Of a DNA stretch of 64,000 nt, positions 1 to 8,353 are shown piece by piece. The translations under genes and the position numbers were made by a program. Every line of letters starts with the position of its first letter. Position 1 is the stretch's first letter. A model generated the notes under the pieces. The model was given only the letters and a program-made list of their open reading frames with translations, searched no databases and was not told the DNA's origin. This DNA comes from Gemmatimonadales bacterium (GTDB taxonomy: Bacteria; Gemmatimonadota; Gemmatimonadetes; Gemmatimonadales; GWC2-71-9). Location of the stretch: the NCBI GenBank assembly GCA_035456525.1, contig DATICZ010000224.1, positions 4,362 to 68,361 of the forward strand, read 5' to 3'.

Positions 1-836
1 CGTCCCTCGTCCCTCATCCCACAGAACGCTTCGTAGTCGATCAGCCGGGTCACCGTCGGATGCGGACCGCAGACCGCGCAGTCGGGGTCCTTGGTGAGCG
101 CGATCTCCCGGAACTGCAGCTTCAGGCCGTCGAACAACAGCAACCGGCCCAGCAGCGAATTGCCGACGCCCGTCACCAACTTGATGGCCTCGAGCGCCTG
201 GAGACTCCCGATGATGCCGGGCAGCACCCCCAACACCCCGCCTTCGGCGCACGAGGGGACGAGCTCGGGCGGGGGCGGCTCCCGATACAGACACCGATAG
301 CAGGGCCCGTGGCGTGCATCGAACACCGAGACCTGTCCCTCGAAGCGCAGCACGGCGCCATAGACGTTGGGCCGCCCCGATAGCACGCACGCGTCGTTGA
401 CGAGGTAGCGCGTGGGGAAGTTGTCGCTGCCGTCGAGCACGACATCCCAGCCGCCGAGGATGTCGAGGGCGTTCGCCGACGTGAGGCGGGTGGAGATGGT
501 CTCCAGACGCACGTGGGGGTTCAGATCGGCGATGCGGGCGCGCGCCGAATCGAGCTTGGGGCGGCCGACCATGCCGGTACCGTGAAGGATCTGGCGCTGC
601 AGGTTCGAGCGGTCCACCACGTCCCAATCCACCAACCCCAGTGCGCCGACGCCGGCCGCGGCCAGGTACAGCGCCGCCGGGGAGCCGAGGCCTCCCGCTC
701 CCACGATGAGGACGCGCGCGGCCTTGAGCCGCTGCTGTCCCTCGAGCCCGATCGCGGGCAACACCAGGTGGCGGGAGTAGCGGATCAGCTCTTCGTGCGA
801 GAGCGGGAGCGCAGGCGCGGGAGTGCGGGCAGTCAT
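1..836 (-). CDS. moeB: MoeB/ThiF-family adenylyltransferase; 3' end lies beyond the window edge
   Basis: Absent from the ORF track because there is no stop in the window. Manual minus-strand translation from ATG 834-836 gives MTARTPAPALPLSHEELIRYSRHLVLPAIGLEGQQRLKAARVLIVGAGGLGSPAALYLAAAGVG...DRSNLQRQ. It has the GAGGLG Rossmann loop plus CYRC and CAVC zinc motifs typical of MoeB/ThiF. Confidence 0.85.
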   Translation of the reverse strand, partial: MTARTPAPALPLSHEELIRYSRHLVLPAIGLEGQQRLKAARVLIVGAGGLGSPAALYLAAAGVGALGLVDWDVVDRSNLQRQILHGTGMVGRPKLDSARARIADLNPHVRLETISTRLTSANALDILGGWDVVLDGSDNFPTRYLVNDACVLSGRPNVYGAVLRFEGQVSVFDARHGPCYRCLYREPPPPELVPSCAEGGVLGVLPGIIGSLQALEAIKLVTGVGNSLLGRLLLFDGLKLQFREIALTKDPDCAVCGPHPTVTRLIDYEAFCGMRDEG

Positions 837-883
837 CGGACCACGACAAGAATATAACCGCGGCGCGAGCACCCCCGACGACG

Positions 884-1303
884 CTACTTCACGAGCAAAC
901 CGATGACCATGCCCGCCACGTTCATGCGGACGAACCACGACCAGAAGGTCGCGTTGAGGAGCGGACGGGCCCGGTCGTACCAGATGCCGCTGCCGAGCGT
1001 CGACAGGGCGATCGTCGGCAGCCACAGCACCGTCGCGAACTCCATTCCCGCCAGCGGACCACCGCCGGGCACCCAGAGCGCACCGATGAAGCGCCGGTAC
1101 AGCCACGCCAGCAGGAGACCGAAGACCAGCGACAGCACCGCGGACTTCCCCAGCATCGGCCCCATGTTGATGGGCTGGCCGGCCGGCGGGGGCGTCACGA
1201 ACAGATCCATCCCCTTGGTGAACACCTTGCCCCACATGAAATAATCGGCGAAATACGCGGCCACACCGGCGATCAATCCCGCGAGCCACCAGCTCATCGC
1301 CAC
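884..1303 (-). CDS. Hypothetical integral membrane protein
   Basis: 139-aa ORF with several hydrophobic helices (WWLAGLIAGVAAYF, LSLVFGLLLAWLY, VLWLPTIALSTL, VAGMVIGLLV). GGAGG lies about 6 nt upstream of the ATG. No family recognised with confidence. Confidence 0.6.
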   Translation of the reverse strand: MAMSWWLAGLIAGVAAYFADYFMWGKVFTKGMDLFVTPPPAGQPINMGPMLGKSAVLSLVFGLLLAWLYRRFIGALWVPGGGPLAGMEFATVLWLPTIALSTLGSGIWYDRARPLLNATFWSWFVRMNVAGMVIGLLVK

Positions 1304-1322
1304 CTCCAGGTAGGGAGTCCGC

Positions 1323-2735
1323 TCAACCGCCTCCGCCCACGCCGCGCACGCCGATCTCGGTCATGGCGCGCAGATCGAGGACCTCGTCCAGCTCTTTCCC
1401 CTTCAGGATGCCCTTCTGCAGCAGCAGCTCGCGCACCGACAGGTTCTGCTCCACGGCTTCCTTGGCGAGCTTCGCGGCCTCGGCATATCCGATCTTCGGC
1501 GCCAATGCGGTCACGAGCGCCGGACTGCGCTCCAGCCAGTGCGCGGCCATCGCCTGATCCGCTTCGATTCCCTCGACGCAGCGCTCGGCCAACACGCGGC
1601 TGGCGGACGAGAGGATCCCGATGGTGAGGAACAGGTTCTGGGCGATCAGCGGCATCATCACGTTCAGCTCGAGCTGGCCGGCCTCCGCCGCCGTCGCGAT
1701 CGTCACGTCGTTCCCGATCGCCTGGAAGCAGACCATGTTCACCATTTCCGCGACCGACGGATTCACCTTGCCGGGCATGATGCTCGAGCCGGGCTGGACG
1801 GCCGGCAGCCGGATCTCGGCGAGCCCGGTTCGCGGCCCCGAGGCGAGCAGCCGGATGTCGTTCGCGATCTTGCCGAGATCCACGGCGTAGGTCCGCAGCG
1901 CGCCCGACAGCGCGCAGGCGTCTCCCATGGATTGCATGAGCTGCACCCGGTCGGAGCCCTCCCGGAGATCGAGGCCCGTGATGGCCCGCAGGTGCCGCAC
2001 CATGAAGCCGGGATAGGCAGGCTCGGCATTCAGGCCGGTGCCCACCGCGGTGCCGCCGATCCCCAGGTCGCGCAGATCGTCGGCGGCGCGGGCGATCCGG
2101 TCGCGGTTGCGCTGCACCGTGTGACCATACGCCGTGAATTCCTGGCCGAGGCGGATCGGCGTCGCATCCTGGAGATGCGTGCGCCCCGATTTGAGGACGT
2201 CATCGAACGCCGTGCCTTTGGCCAGGAATGCGGCGGCGAGCCGTTCCAGCGCGGCGAGCAGCGCCGGCAGGAGGCTCAGGGCGCCGAGCCGGATCGCCGT
2301 CGGAATCACGTCGTTGGTGGACTGCGCCATGTTGACGTGATCGTTCGGGTGCACCGGCTTGTACTCGCCCCGCTTGCCGCCGAGCAGCTCGTTCGCCCGG
2401 TTGGCGAGCACCTCGTTGCAGTTCATGTGGTGGGAGGTGCCCGCGCCGGCCTGGTAGGGGTCGACGACGAACTGCTCGCGGTAGCGGCCGGCCAGGATCT
2501 CGTCGGCGGCCCGCACGATCGCGTCGGCGAGCGCCGGCTCGAGACGGCCGGTTTCCCGGTGCGTGAGTGCCGCGGCTTTCTTGATCCAGATGACCGCGTC
2601 CACGAAGACGGGATGGGGCGTGAGCCCCGAGATCGGGAAGTTGCGGCGGGCCCGTTCGGTCTGCACGCCGTAGAGGGCGTCGACCGGGACGGGCAACTCG
2701 CCCAGGGGATCGCGTTCGACTCGCGTTGCGCTCAT
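1323..2735 (-). CDS. aspA: Aspartate ammonia-lyase (class II fumarase/aspartase family)
   Basis: GSSIMPGKVNP signature. The downstream VNMVCFQAIGNDVTIATAAEAGQLELNVMMP resembles aspartase more than FumC. Start moved from the track start 2819 to MSATRVERD (ATG 2733-2735). Confidence 0.85.
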   Translation of the reverse strand: MSATRVERDPLGELPVPVDALYGVQTERARRNFPISGLTPHPVFVDAVIWIKKAAALTHRETGRLEPALADAIVRAADEILAGRYREQFVVDPYQAGAGTSHHMNCNEVLANRANELLGGKRGEYKPVHPNDHVNMAQSTNDVIPTAIRLGALSLLPALLAALERLAAAFLAKGTAFDDVLKSGRTHLQDATPIRLGQEFTAYGHTVQRNRDRIARAADDLRDLGIGGTAVGTGLNAEPAYPGFMVRHLRAITGLDLREGSDRVQLMQSMGDACALSGALRTYAVDLGKIANDIRLLASGPRTGLAEIRLPAVQPGSSIMPGKVNPSVAEMVNMVCFQAIGNDVTIATAAEAGQLELNVMMPLIAQNLFLTIGILSSASRVLAERCVEGIEADQAMAAHWLERSPALVTALAPKIGYAEAAKLAKEAVEQNLSVRELLLQKGILKGKELDEVLDLRAMTEIGVRGVGGGG

Positions 2736-2853
2736 CGTCTCCACGTGCTCCGCCCGACTGCCGTCGGTGTCAAGCCAGGAATCGCCCATGCAGCTCCGAC
2801 CGGGACGACGCGGACCCATTCTATTCCGCCGTGCCGGGAAAGGCGAGGTTCGG

Positions 2854-3738
2854 TCACTGCGGTTCCGTCGGGGCGGGCCGCTTTCTCCGCCACCCGATCG
2901 TCATCAGCTCCCGGGCCGCGCGGCTGCCCAGGGAGTGGATCATCAGATAGACGCCGACGGCGGTCAGCAGGATGACCGTGTAAAAGCGCCACCAGACCAG
3001 CATGCGCACGCCGTTGGCTCCGAAATCTCCGGCGAACCCCGAGAGAAAGACCACTTCGATGCCGCCGCCTCCGGAGGGGATCGGGACGACGAGCGGGGAG
3101 GCGAGAAGCGCGAGCGAACCGAAGAACATCTGCCCGAAGGACGGCGCACCGGGCATGCCCCAGGCCAGCGCCGGGAGGACCAGGGCGCGTGCGGCCAGGC
3201 TGACGGCCGTGAGCGCCGCGTTCACGGCCTGGGCCCAGAGCGGCGCCCGTCGCACGTGCGCCAGCGCGACCCGCCACTGCCGCCGCACGCGGTGCCGGAT
3301 GGCCCCCGCCTTCACGAGGCGCTGCGTGAGGTAGATGACGAGGAGGACGGCGAGCGCGGCGAACTCGATCGCCAGCAGGTCTCCGGCGACGTGACGCTGC
3401 AGCCAGGCTTGCGCCGCGCTCTTCCAGTCGGGGACGTAGTGCAGCAGCAGCGACAGGAGCATCAGCAGGAACACCGGCCATTCGGCCGCGACCTCCACGC
3501 CGACCGCGACCAGCGCCGTCACCGAGCGCAGGCCGGCCTGCGTCAGCCCCGCGAACCGCGCCGCTTCCCCACCCAACCGGTTGGGCGTCAGGGTGGAGGC
3601 GGCTTCGCCGTAGAGATTGAGCCGCACGGCGGGCCAGAAGGTCAGCGCGCCGCCCGCCGTCCAGGCCGCGAGCTGGATGCGCCAGGCGCGGACGATGACG
3701 TCGAGCGCGAGCGCGAGCAGGGCGAGGACGTGGTTCAC
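2854..3738 (-). CDS. UPF0104 / lysyl-phosphatidylglycerol-synthase-TM-like (flippase-like) membrane protein
   Basis: Multi-pass membrane protein with motifs of this family (GEAASTLTPNRLGGEAARF, PSGGGGIEVVF). Start taken at GTG 3736-3738, which overlaps the ferredoxin stop (GTGA). The track N-terminus up to 3921 is a GC-shadow extension. Confidence 0.7.
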   Translation of the reverse strand: MNHVLALLALALDVIVRAWRIQLAAWTAGGALTFWPAVRLNLYGEAASTLTPNRLGGEAARFAGLTQAGLRSVTALVAVGVEVAAEWPVFLLMLLSLLLHYVPDWKSAAQAWLQRHVAGDLLAIEFAALAVLLVIYLTQRLVKAGAIRHRVRRQWRVALAHVRRAPLWAQAVNAALTAVSLAARALVLPALAWGMPGAPSFGQMFFGSLALLASPLVVPIPSGGGGIEVVFLSGFAGDFGANGVRMLVWWRFYTVILLTAVGVYLMIHSLGSRAARELMTIGWRRKRPAPTEPQ

Positions 3739-4022
3739 AGGCCGTCCAGGCTGTACGGCGGACGCTCGAGCGTCACCGCACGACGCGGGCTGAACTGGCA
3801 CGCGAGTCGCCACCCCTGCTCCACCAGCGCTCCCAACCGGAGCCGATCGGTCTTGCCGGCGGGCCATTCCCCGTCCACCACGCGGACGCGGCAGGCCGTG
3901 CAATTGCCGATGCCGCCGCACACCGTCCGCAGCGGATCGCCCGTCGCCGCCGACAGCTGCAGCACCGTGGCCCCGGTGCAGATCGCCACGCTCCGGCGGT
4001 CGGGCAGGAAGGTGACGGTCAC
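3735..4022 (-). CDS. 2Fe-2S ferredoxin-type small protein
   Basis: 95 codons. The cysteine pattern CGGIGNCTAC, then about 31 aa, then RLACQ, matches plant-type 2Fe-2S domains. The GTG start lies 1 nt after the upstream Zn-ribbon ORF stop. Confidence 0.7.
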   Translation of the reverse strand: MTVTFLPDRRSVAICTGATVLQLSAATGDPLRTVCGGIGNCTACRVRVVDGEWPAGKTDRLRLGALVEQGWRLACQFSPRRAVTLERPPYSLDGL

Positions 4023-4023
4023 G

Positions 4024-4218
4024 TCAATCAGAGCAATCGCCCAGAGGATAGATGAAGCCGCAGTTGGCGCACGGATTCTTGCAGCCCCACGGCCTGGGAC
4101 GCACCTCCGCGCCGCACCGCAGACAGGTGGGCCGCGGGCGACCCCTAGGCGATGGGGACAGCGCCGGAGAGGAAGGGATTGGAGCGGCGCTCGGCGCCGA
4201 TGGTGGTCTGTGGTCCAT
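4024..4218 (-). CDS. Small Zn-ribbon-like peptide (CxxC...CxxC); start uncertain
   Basis: The C-terminal TCLRCGAEVRPRPWGCKNPCANCGFIYPLGDCSD carries two CxxC pairs. The stop lies 1 nt before the ferredoxin GTG. The only canonical starts (ATG 4218 or 4242) lie inside the 3' end of the MBL gene. Confidence 0.4.
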   Translation of the reverse strand: MDHRPPSAPSAAPIPSSPALSPSPRGRPRPTCLRCGAEVRPRPWGCKNPCANCGFIYPLGDCSD

Positions 4219-4783
4219 GCCCGCTGTACACGATGGTCGCATCGGGCAGAACGAGCAACTCCCGCTCGATGCTCCCGATCAGCGTCCCGAAGTCACCGCC
4301 GGGAAGGTCGGTGCGCCCGATGGAGCCCTGGAACAGCACGTCGCCGCTGAATACGACACCCTCACCCACCAGCGCCACGCTCCCGGGCGAATGGCCGGGC
4401 GTGTGCCGCACGCTGAAGCTGAGCCGGCCGACCCGCGCAACGTCGCCGTGTGACCAGAACGCGTCGGGAGGCGGGGGTTGCTCGGCCTCGAGGCCGAATG
4501 CCACCGCCTGCTGCGACACGCGATCATACAGGGGCCAGTCGGCCGCGTGCAGTCACACCGGAGCTCCGGTGGCAGCGCGCACCCGCGCGACTCCCATGAC
4601 GTGATCCAGATGCGCGTGCGTGACCCAGATCCCCACGGGCCGCACCGCCTCCCGCTCGATCTTGTGCAGGATCAGCCCCGCCTCTTCGCCGGGGTCCACG
4701 ACGGCGCACTCGGCCGACGCCTCGTCGATCACCAGGTAGCAGTTCTCGGCGAACACGCCGTTGGGGATCGCGATCACCTTCAC
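4145..4783 (-). CDS. MBL-fold metallo-hydrolase (GloB/YcbL-like) interrupted by an in-frame TGA at 4553-4555 (pseudogene, sequencing error or recoding)
   Basis: Track ORFs 4553..4783 and 4145..4519 share one frame. THAHLDH (HxHxDH) lies upstream of the TGA; HTPGHSPGS, GDVLF and SGHG lie downstream. The GTG start overlaps the trxB stop (GTGA). Confidence 0.75.
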
Positions 4784-5763
4784 GTGACGATCGCTCCGGC
4801 GGATGCGGACGGCCTGCCCTGCTCCCGCAGCTGCGCCAGGTACTTCTCCACCGCGATTGCCGCCGTCGTGGCATCTCCGACCGCGGTCGTGACCTGCCGC
4901 GTCAGCTGACTGCGGACGTCGCCGGCCGCGAACAACCCCGGGATCGAGGTCATCATGCGCTCGTCGGTAAGGAGGTACCCGCCGGCGTCATGGTTGACGT
5001 GGCCCTCCACGATTCCCGTATTCGGCTTGAACCCGATGAAGACGAACACGCCGCCCACCCTGAGCTGGCTGCGGGCCCCGGTCACCGTGTCCTCGAGCTC
5101 CAGATGGTCGGTGCCGCGCTCGGTTCCGGCGATCTCCACGACCCGCTTGTTCCAGACCGCTTCGATCTTGGGATTCGCGAAGGCCCGCTCCTGCAGGATC
5201 TTCGACGCGCGGAACCGGTCGCGGCGATGCACGATGTACACCTTCGACGCGTAGCGCGTGAGGTAGTCCGCCTCTTCGACCGCCGCGTCGCCGCCGCCCA
5301 CCACCGCCAGCACCTCACCCTTGAAGAAGGCGCCGTCGCACACGGCACAGTAGGACACCCCTTTGCCGGCGTACTCGCGCTCCCCCGGCACGCCGAGCTT
5401 CACCGGCGTGCCACCGGCCGTGAGAATCACGGCGGGGGCGCGGTAGTGCCGCTCGCGCGCCGTGGTCACATCGAACCACCCGTCCGGGGCCCGCCGCACC
5501 TTCTCCACGGTGTCGGTGACGATCTCCGCGCCGAACTTCTTGGCGTGGTCCGTGAACTTCTGGGCCAGGTCCCACCCCTTGACGCTCTCGAACCCGATGT
5601 AGTCTTCCACGAGATCGGTGTTCAGGAGCTCACCGCCGGGGGCACCCCGCTCGATGGTCAGGGCCTTGAGCATGCCCCGTCCGGCGTACAGTGCGGCGCA
5701 CAGCCCTGCCGGACCGGCCCCCACGATGATCACGTCGTAACTCTGCTGCCCGTTCTCAGGCAT
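4780..5763 (-). CDS. trxB: Thioredoxin-disulfide reductase
   Basis: GAGPAG FAD loop, redox-active CAVCDG and GGGDAAVEEA NADPH loop. Start moved to MPENGQQSYDVIIVGAGPAG (ATG 5761-5763). Confidence 0.9.
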   Translation of the reverse strand: MPENGQQSYDVIIVGAGPAGLCAALYAGRGMLKALTIERGAPGGELLNTDLVEDYIGFESVKGWDLAQKFTDHAKKFGAEIVTDTVEKVRRAPDGWFDVTTARERHYRAPAVILTAGGTPVKLGVPGEREYAGKGVSYCAVCDGAFFKGEVLAVVGGGDAAVEEADYLTRYASKVYIVHRRDRFRASKILQERAFANPKIEAVWNKRVVEIAGTERGTDHLELEDTVTGARSQLRVGGVFVFIGFKPNTGIVEGHVNHDAGGYLLTDERMMTSIPGLFAAGDVRSQLTRQVTTAVGDATTAAIAVEKYLAQLREQGRPSASAGAIVT

Positions 5764-6115
5764 CGCTTCTAAAGTCCAATCGCGGGGGATCTCCCTCCCC
5801 CGCCAAGGCACGCGCCAGAACGGCGCGAAACCGCAACGTATCGAACTCCACCGCGGGGTGCTGTGGCCCGGACAGCTTCTCGAGGGCCGCGGCCCCGACG
5901 ACGACGGTACCGTGCCGGTTGCCGCTTCGCTGGTGCAGCAGGGCTGCGGCCGCCTGGATCAACCCCTGCCAGACCCGTCGCTCACTGTCGTCTATTATAG
6001 AACGCCAGACGGTTTCCAGGGCTTCGTGGGCGAGCCAATATTCCCCATCGTTGAACAGCGTCTGCGCCTGTTCCAGTTGGCGCCGGCGGGCCTGCGGATC
6101 CAGCAACGAGGCCAT
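5756..6115 (-). CDS. DUF309 domain protein
   Basis: LFNDGEYWLAHEALETVWR...WQGLIQAAAALLH matches the DUF309 helical motif. Start taken at MASLLD. It overlaps the trxB start by 8 nt. Confidence 0.65.
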   Translation of the reverse strand: MASLLDPQARRRQLEQAQTLFNDGEYWLAHEALETVWRSIIDDSERRVWQGLIQAAAALLHQRSGNRHGTVVVGAAALEKLSGPQHPAVEFDTLRFRAVLARALAGEGDPPRLDFRSDA

Positions 6116-6128
6116 CAGCCGTGAGCCC

Positions 6129-6896
6129 TCAGCCGTCAGCGGGCGACGCCCCGATCCGCAACACATTCAGGGCCCCGTGGCAGGAACTGACCGTCCCAAC
6201 GAGCACGTGTGCGGTCTCCCGCTCAGCGGCGGCCTGCGCCACGATGCGCTCGCCCTCCAGCACCGCGTCCACGGCGAACGTCCCCACGCCGAACACGTGG
6301 TGGCGGCACACGAACAGGACGGGCCCGGTGATGGACGTGCCGCTCGCCCGCAGCCGTTCAGCGAGGGACCGCACCGCCACGGACATTTCCCACGACCGTG
6401 GCCCGCCGATCGCCGGGCAGGCGGCGGGCTCGATGCAGTGCGTCGGGCAGATCCACTCGGCGAAGGAGACGTAGCGCGTGTGGTCGGAGCCGGAACGATC
6501 GTACGGTGTCCCGAGCGAGTCCGGAACCGGGACGACGTCCACGGGGCGATCCACACACCGCGCCCGCGTGCGGCGCACCAGCCACTCGAACATGAGGTGC
6601 GACATGTGCGGCGAGGGGACGACGTAGTCGGGCGGATCCCCGGCCGCGGTGGGGCGCGCCGCCGCGAGGTGCCGGTCGAAGAACGCGTCCCACTCGCTGG
6701 CGACGAATCGCCGATCGGCCGACTCGGGGAGCTCGCGGCGCGCGCGGCAGTCCGGATCCCGATCCACGACGATGACCGTCCGAAACGCCGCTTTGCCGCG
6801 CTGCTTCGCCCTGGCGAGCTGGGTGGCGTAGAAGGTCCCGTAACAGCCGCCCCCCACGACTACGATGTCCCGCATCGCCGCGATCCCGTCGCTCAT
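6129..6896 (-). CDS. Hypothetical Rossmann-like protein with a Cys-rich motif
   Basis: The real gene is the C-terminal 255 codons of track ORF 6129..7355. N-terminal IVVVGGGCYGTFYA is a dinucleotide-binding-like loop. There is an internal CPTHCIEPAACP motif. The ATG overlaps the SDR stop (ATGA). Family not recognised. Confidence 0.6.
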   Translation of the reverse strand: MSDGIAAMRDIVVVGGGCYGTFYATQLARAKQRGKAAFRTVIVVDRDPDCRARRELPESADRRFVASEWDAFFDRHLAAARPTAAGDPPDYVVPSPHMSHLMFEWLVRRTRARCVDRPVDVVPVPDSLGTPYDRSGSDHTRYVSFAEWICPTHCIEPAACPAIGGPRSWEMSVAVRSLAERLRASGTSITGPVLFVCRHHVFGVGTFAVDAVLEGERIVAQAAAERETAHVLVGTVSSCHGALNVLRIGASPADG

Positions 6897-7621
6897 CGAA
6901 CCAGGCGACCCCCGTCCACCGGAAGCACCACTCCCGTGACGTAGTCGTTGTCGAGCAGGAACAGGACGGCCCGCACCACGTCCTCGGGGCTGCCGAGCCG
7001 GCGCAGCGGCGTGGTCGCGACGAGGTGGTCCCGCGCCTCGGCGGGCCAATCCTCGGGGGGAAGCACGGCCCCGGGCGCGACGGCGTTCACCGTCACCTCC
7101 GGGGCCAGCACGCGCGCGAGCCCGTGGGTCAGCATGACGACCCCCGCCTTGCTCACGTTCAGCGGGAGATACGCCGGCCACACCTCGAAGGCGGCGACGT
7201 CGGCGAGGTTGACGATCTTGCCGCGCACGCGCCGCAGGTGCGGTGCGGCTCCCTGGGCGGTGTACAGTGCCGCCGAGAGATTGAGCGCCAGCGCGTCGTT
7301 CCAGTCGTCCGGCGTGATCGCCGCGAATTCGCGCCGCACCATGACGCCCGCGCAATTGACGAGAACGTCGAGGCGGCCGAAGGTCTCGGCGACACGCCCG
7401 GGAAGCGCGCGCGCGGCCGCGGGATCACGCAGATCCGCCGCGAACCGCTCGCCGCGCCGCCCGGCCCCCCGTACGGCGCCGAGCGTCGCTTCCGCTCCAT
7501 CCGCGGACGCGTGGTGGTGAGCGGCGATGTCGTATCCCGCCCGGGCGAGCCCCGCGGCGATCGCGGCACCGAGGCGACGGCCGGCGCCAGTTACGAGCGC
7601 GACTCGCCCGGTGGGCTCCAC
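6893..7621 (-). CDS. SDR-family oxidoreductase (pteridine-reductase-like)
   Basis: VALVTGAGRRLG cofactor loop, NCAG, and IVNLAD...NVSKAG active-site region. Asp replaces the usual Ser, as in the PTR1-type triad (see findings). Confidence 0.8.
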   Translation of the reverse strand: MEPTGRVALVTGAGRRLGAAIAAGLARAGYDIAAHHHASADGAEATLGAVRGAGRRGERFAADLRDPAAARALPGRVAETFGRLDVLVNCAGVMVRREFAAITPDDWNDALALNLSAALYTAQGAAPHLRRVRGKIVNLADVAAFEVWPAYLPLNVSKAGVVMLTHGLARVLAPEVTVNAVAPGAVLPPEDWPAEARDHLVATTPLRRLGSPEDVVRAVLFLLDNDYVTGVVLPVDGGRLVR

Positions 7622-7624
7622 CGA

Positions 7625-8353
7625 TCAGTGCGACCCGGGGAGGAGAGGGAGAATCTGACCCGTCACCGCGCGGGCTTCGGTGGACGCCAGCCAGAGCACG
7701 GTGCGCACCACGTCGGCCATCTCCACCAGCTTCGCGTCCGGCCCCATGTCCTGCACGTTGGTGGACGTGCGGACCGCCTCCGGGGCGAGCGCGTTCACGC
7801 GGATGCCGCCTCCGTCGTCCCGCAGCTCGCGGGCGAGCGCGCGTGTCAGCGCGGCGACGCCCCCTTTCGCGGCCAGGTACGCGGCCAGATTGGGCTGGGG
7901 GTGCAGCACCGCAATGGAGGCGAAATTGATGATCGCCCCACCCCCGCGGCGGCGCAGCGACGGAACGGCGGCCTGACACACGCAGAAGACGGTGCGGAGA
8001 TTGATCGCGATTTCGCGCTCGAAGGCGGCGACGTCGATCCCTTCGAACGGCCCGTATGTGGTGAGTCCACCGGCGACGTTGACCACGATGTCAAGGCCGC
8101 CGAAGCGGGCCTCGGCGAGCCCCACGGCGGCACGTGCGGCGTGCGGCTCGGTCAGGTCCCCTGGAGCGGCGGCGGCCTCGATGCGGGCGGCGGCGAACTC
8201 CCGGACCCGTTCATCCAGGGACTCGGCCGAACGGTCGGCGAGGACGAGGCGGGCGCCCGCGGATCCGAAGCCTGCCGCCACCGCGTGGCCGATCTGACCG
8301 ACGCGCCCCACCCCGGTGACGAGCGCGACCCGGCCCGCAAACTCACCCGCCAC
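7625..8353 (-). CDS. SDR-family oxidoreductase
   Basis: VALVTGVGRVGQIG, NVAG, IINFASI and the canonical YLAAK (YxxxK). Confidence 0.8.
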   Translation of the reverse strand: MAGEFAGRVALVTGVGRVGQIGHAVAAGFGSAGARLVLADRSAESLDERVREFAAARIEAAAAPGDLTEPHAARAAVGLAEARFGGLDIVVNVAGGLTTYGPFEGIDVAAFEREIAINLRTVFCVCQAAVPSLRRRGGGAIINFASIAVLHPQPNLAAYLAAKGGVAALTRALARELRDDGGGIRVNALAPEAVRTSTNVQDMGPDAKLVEMADVVRTVLWLASTEARAVTGQILPLLPGSH

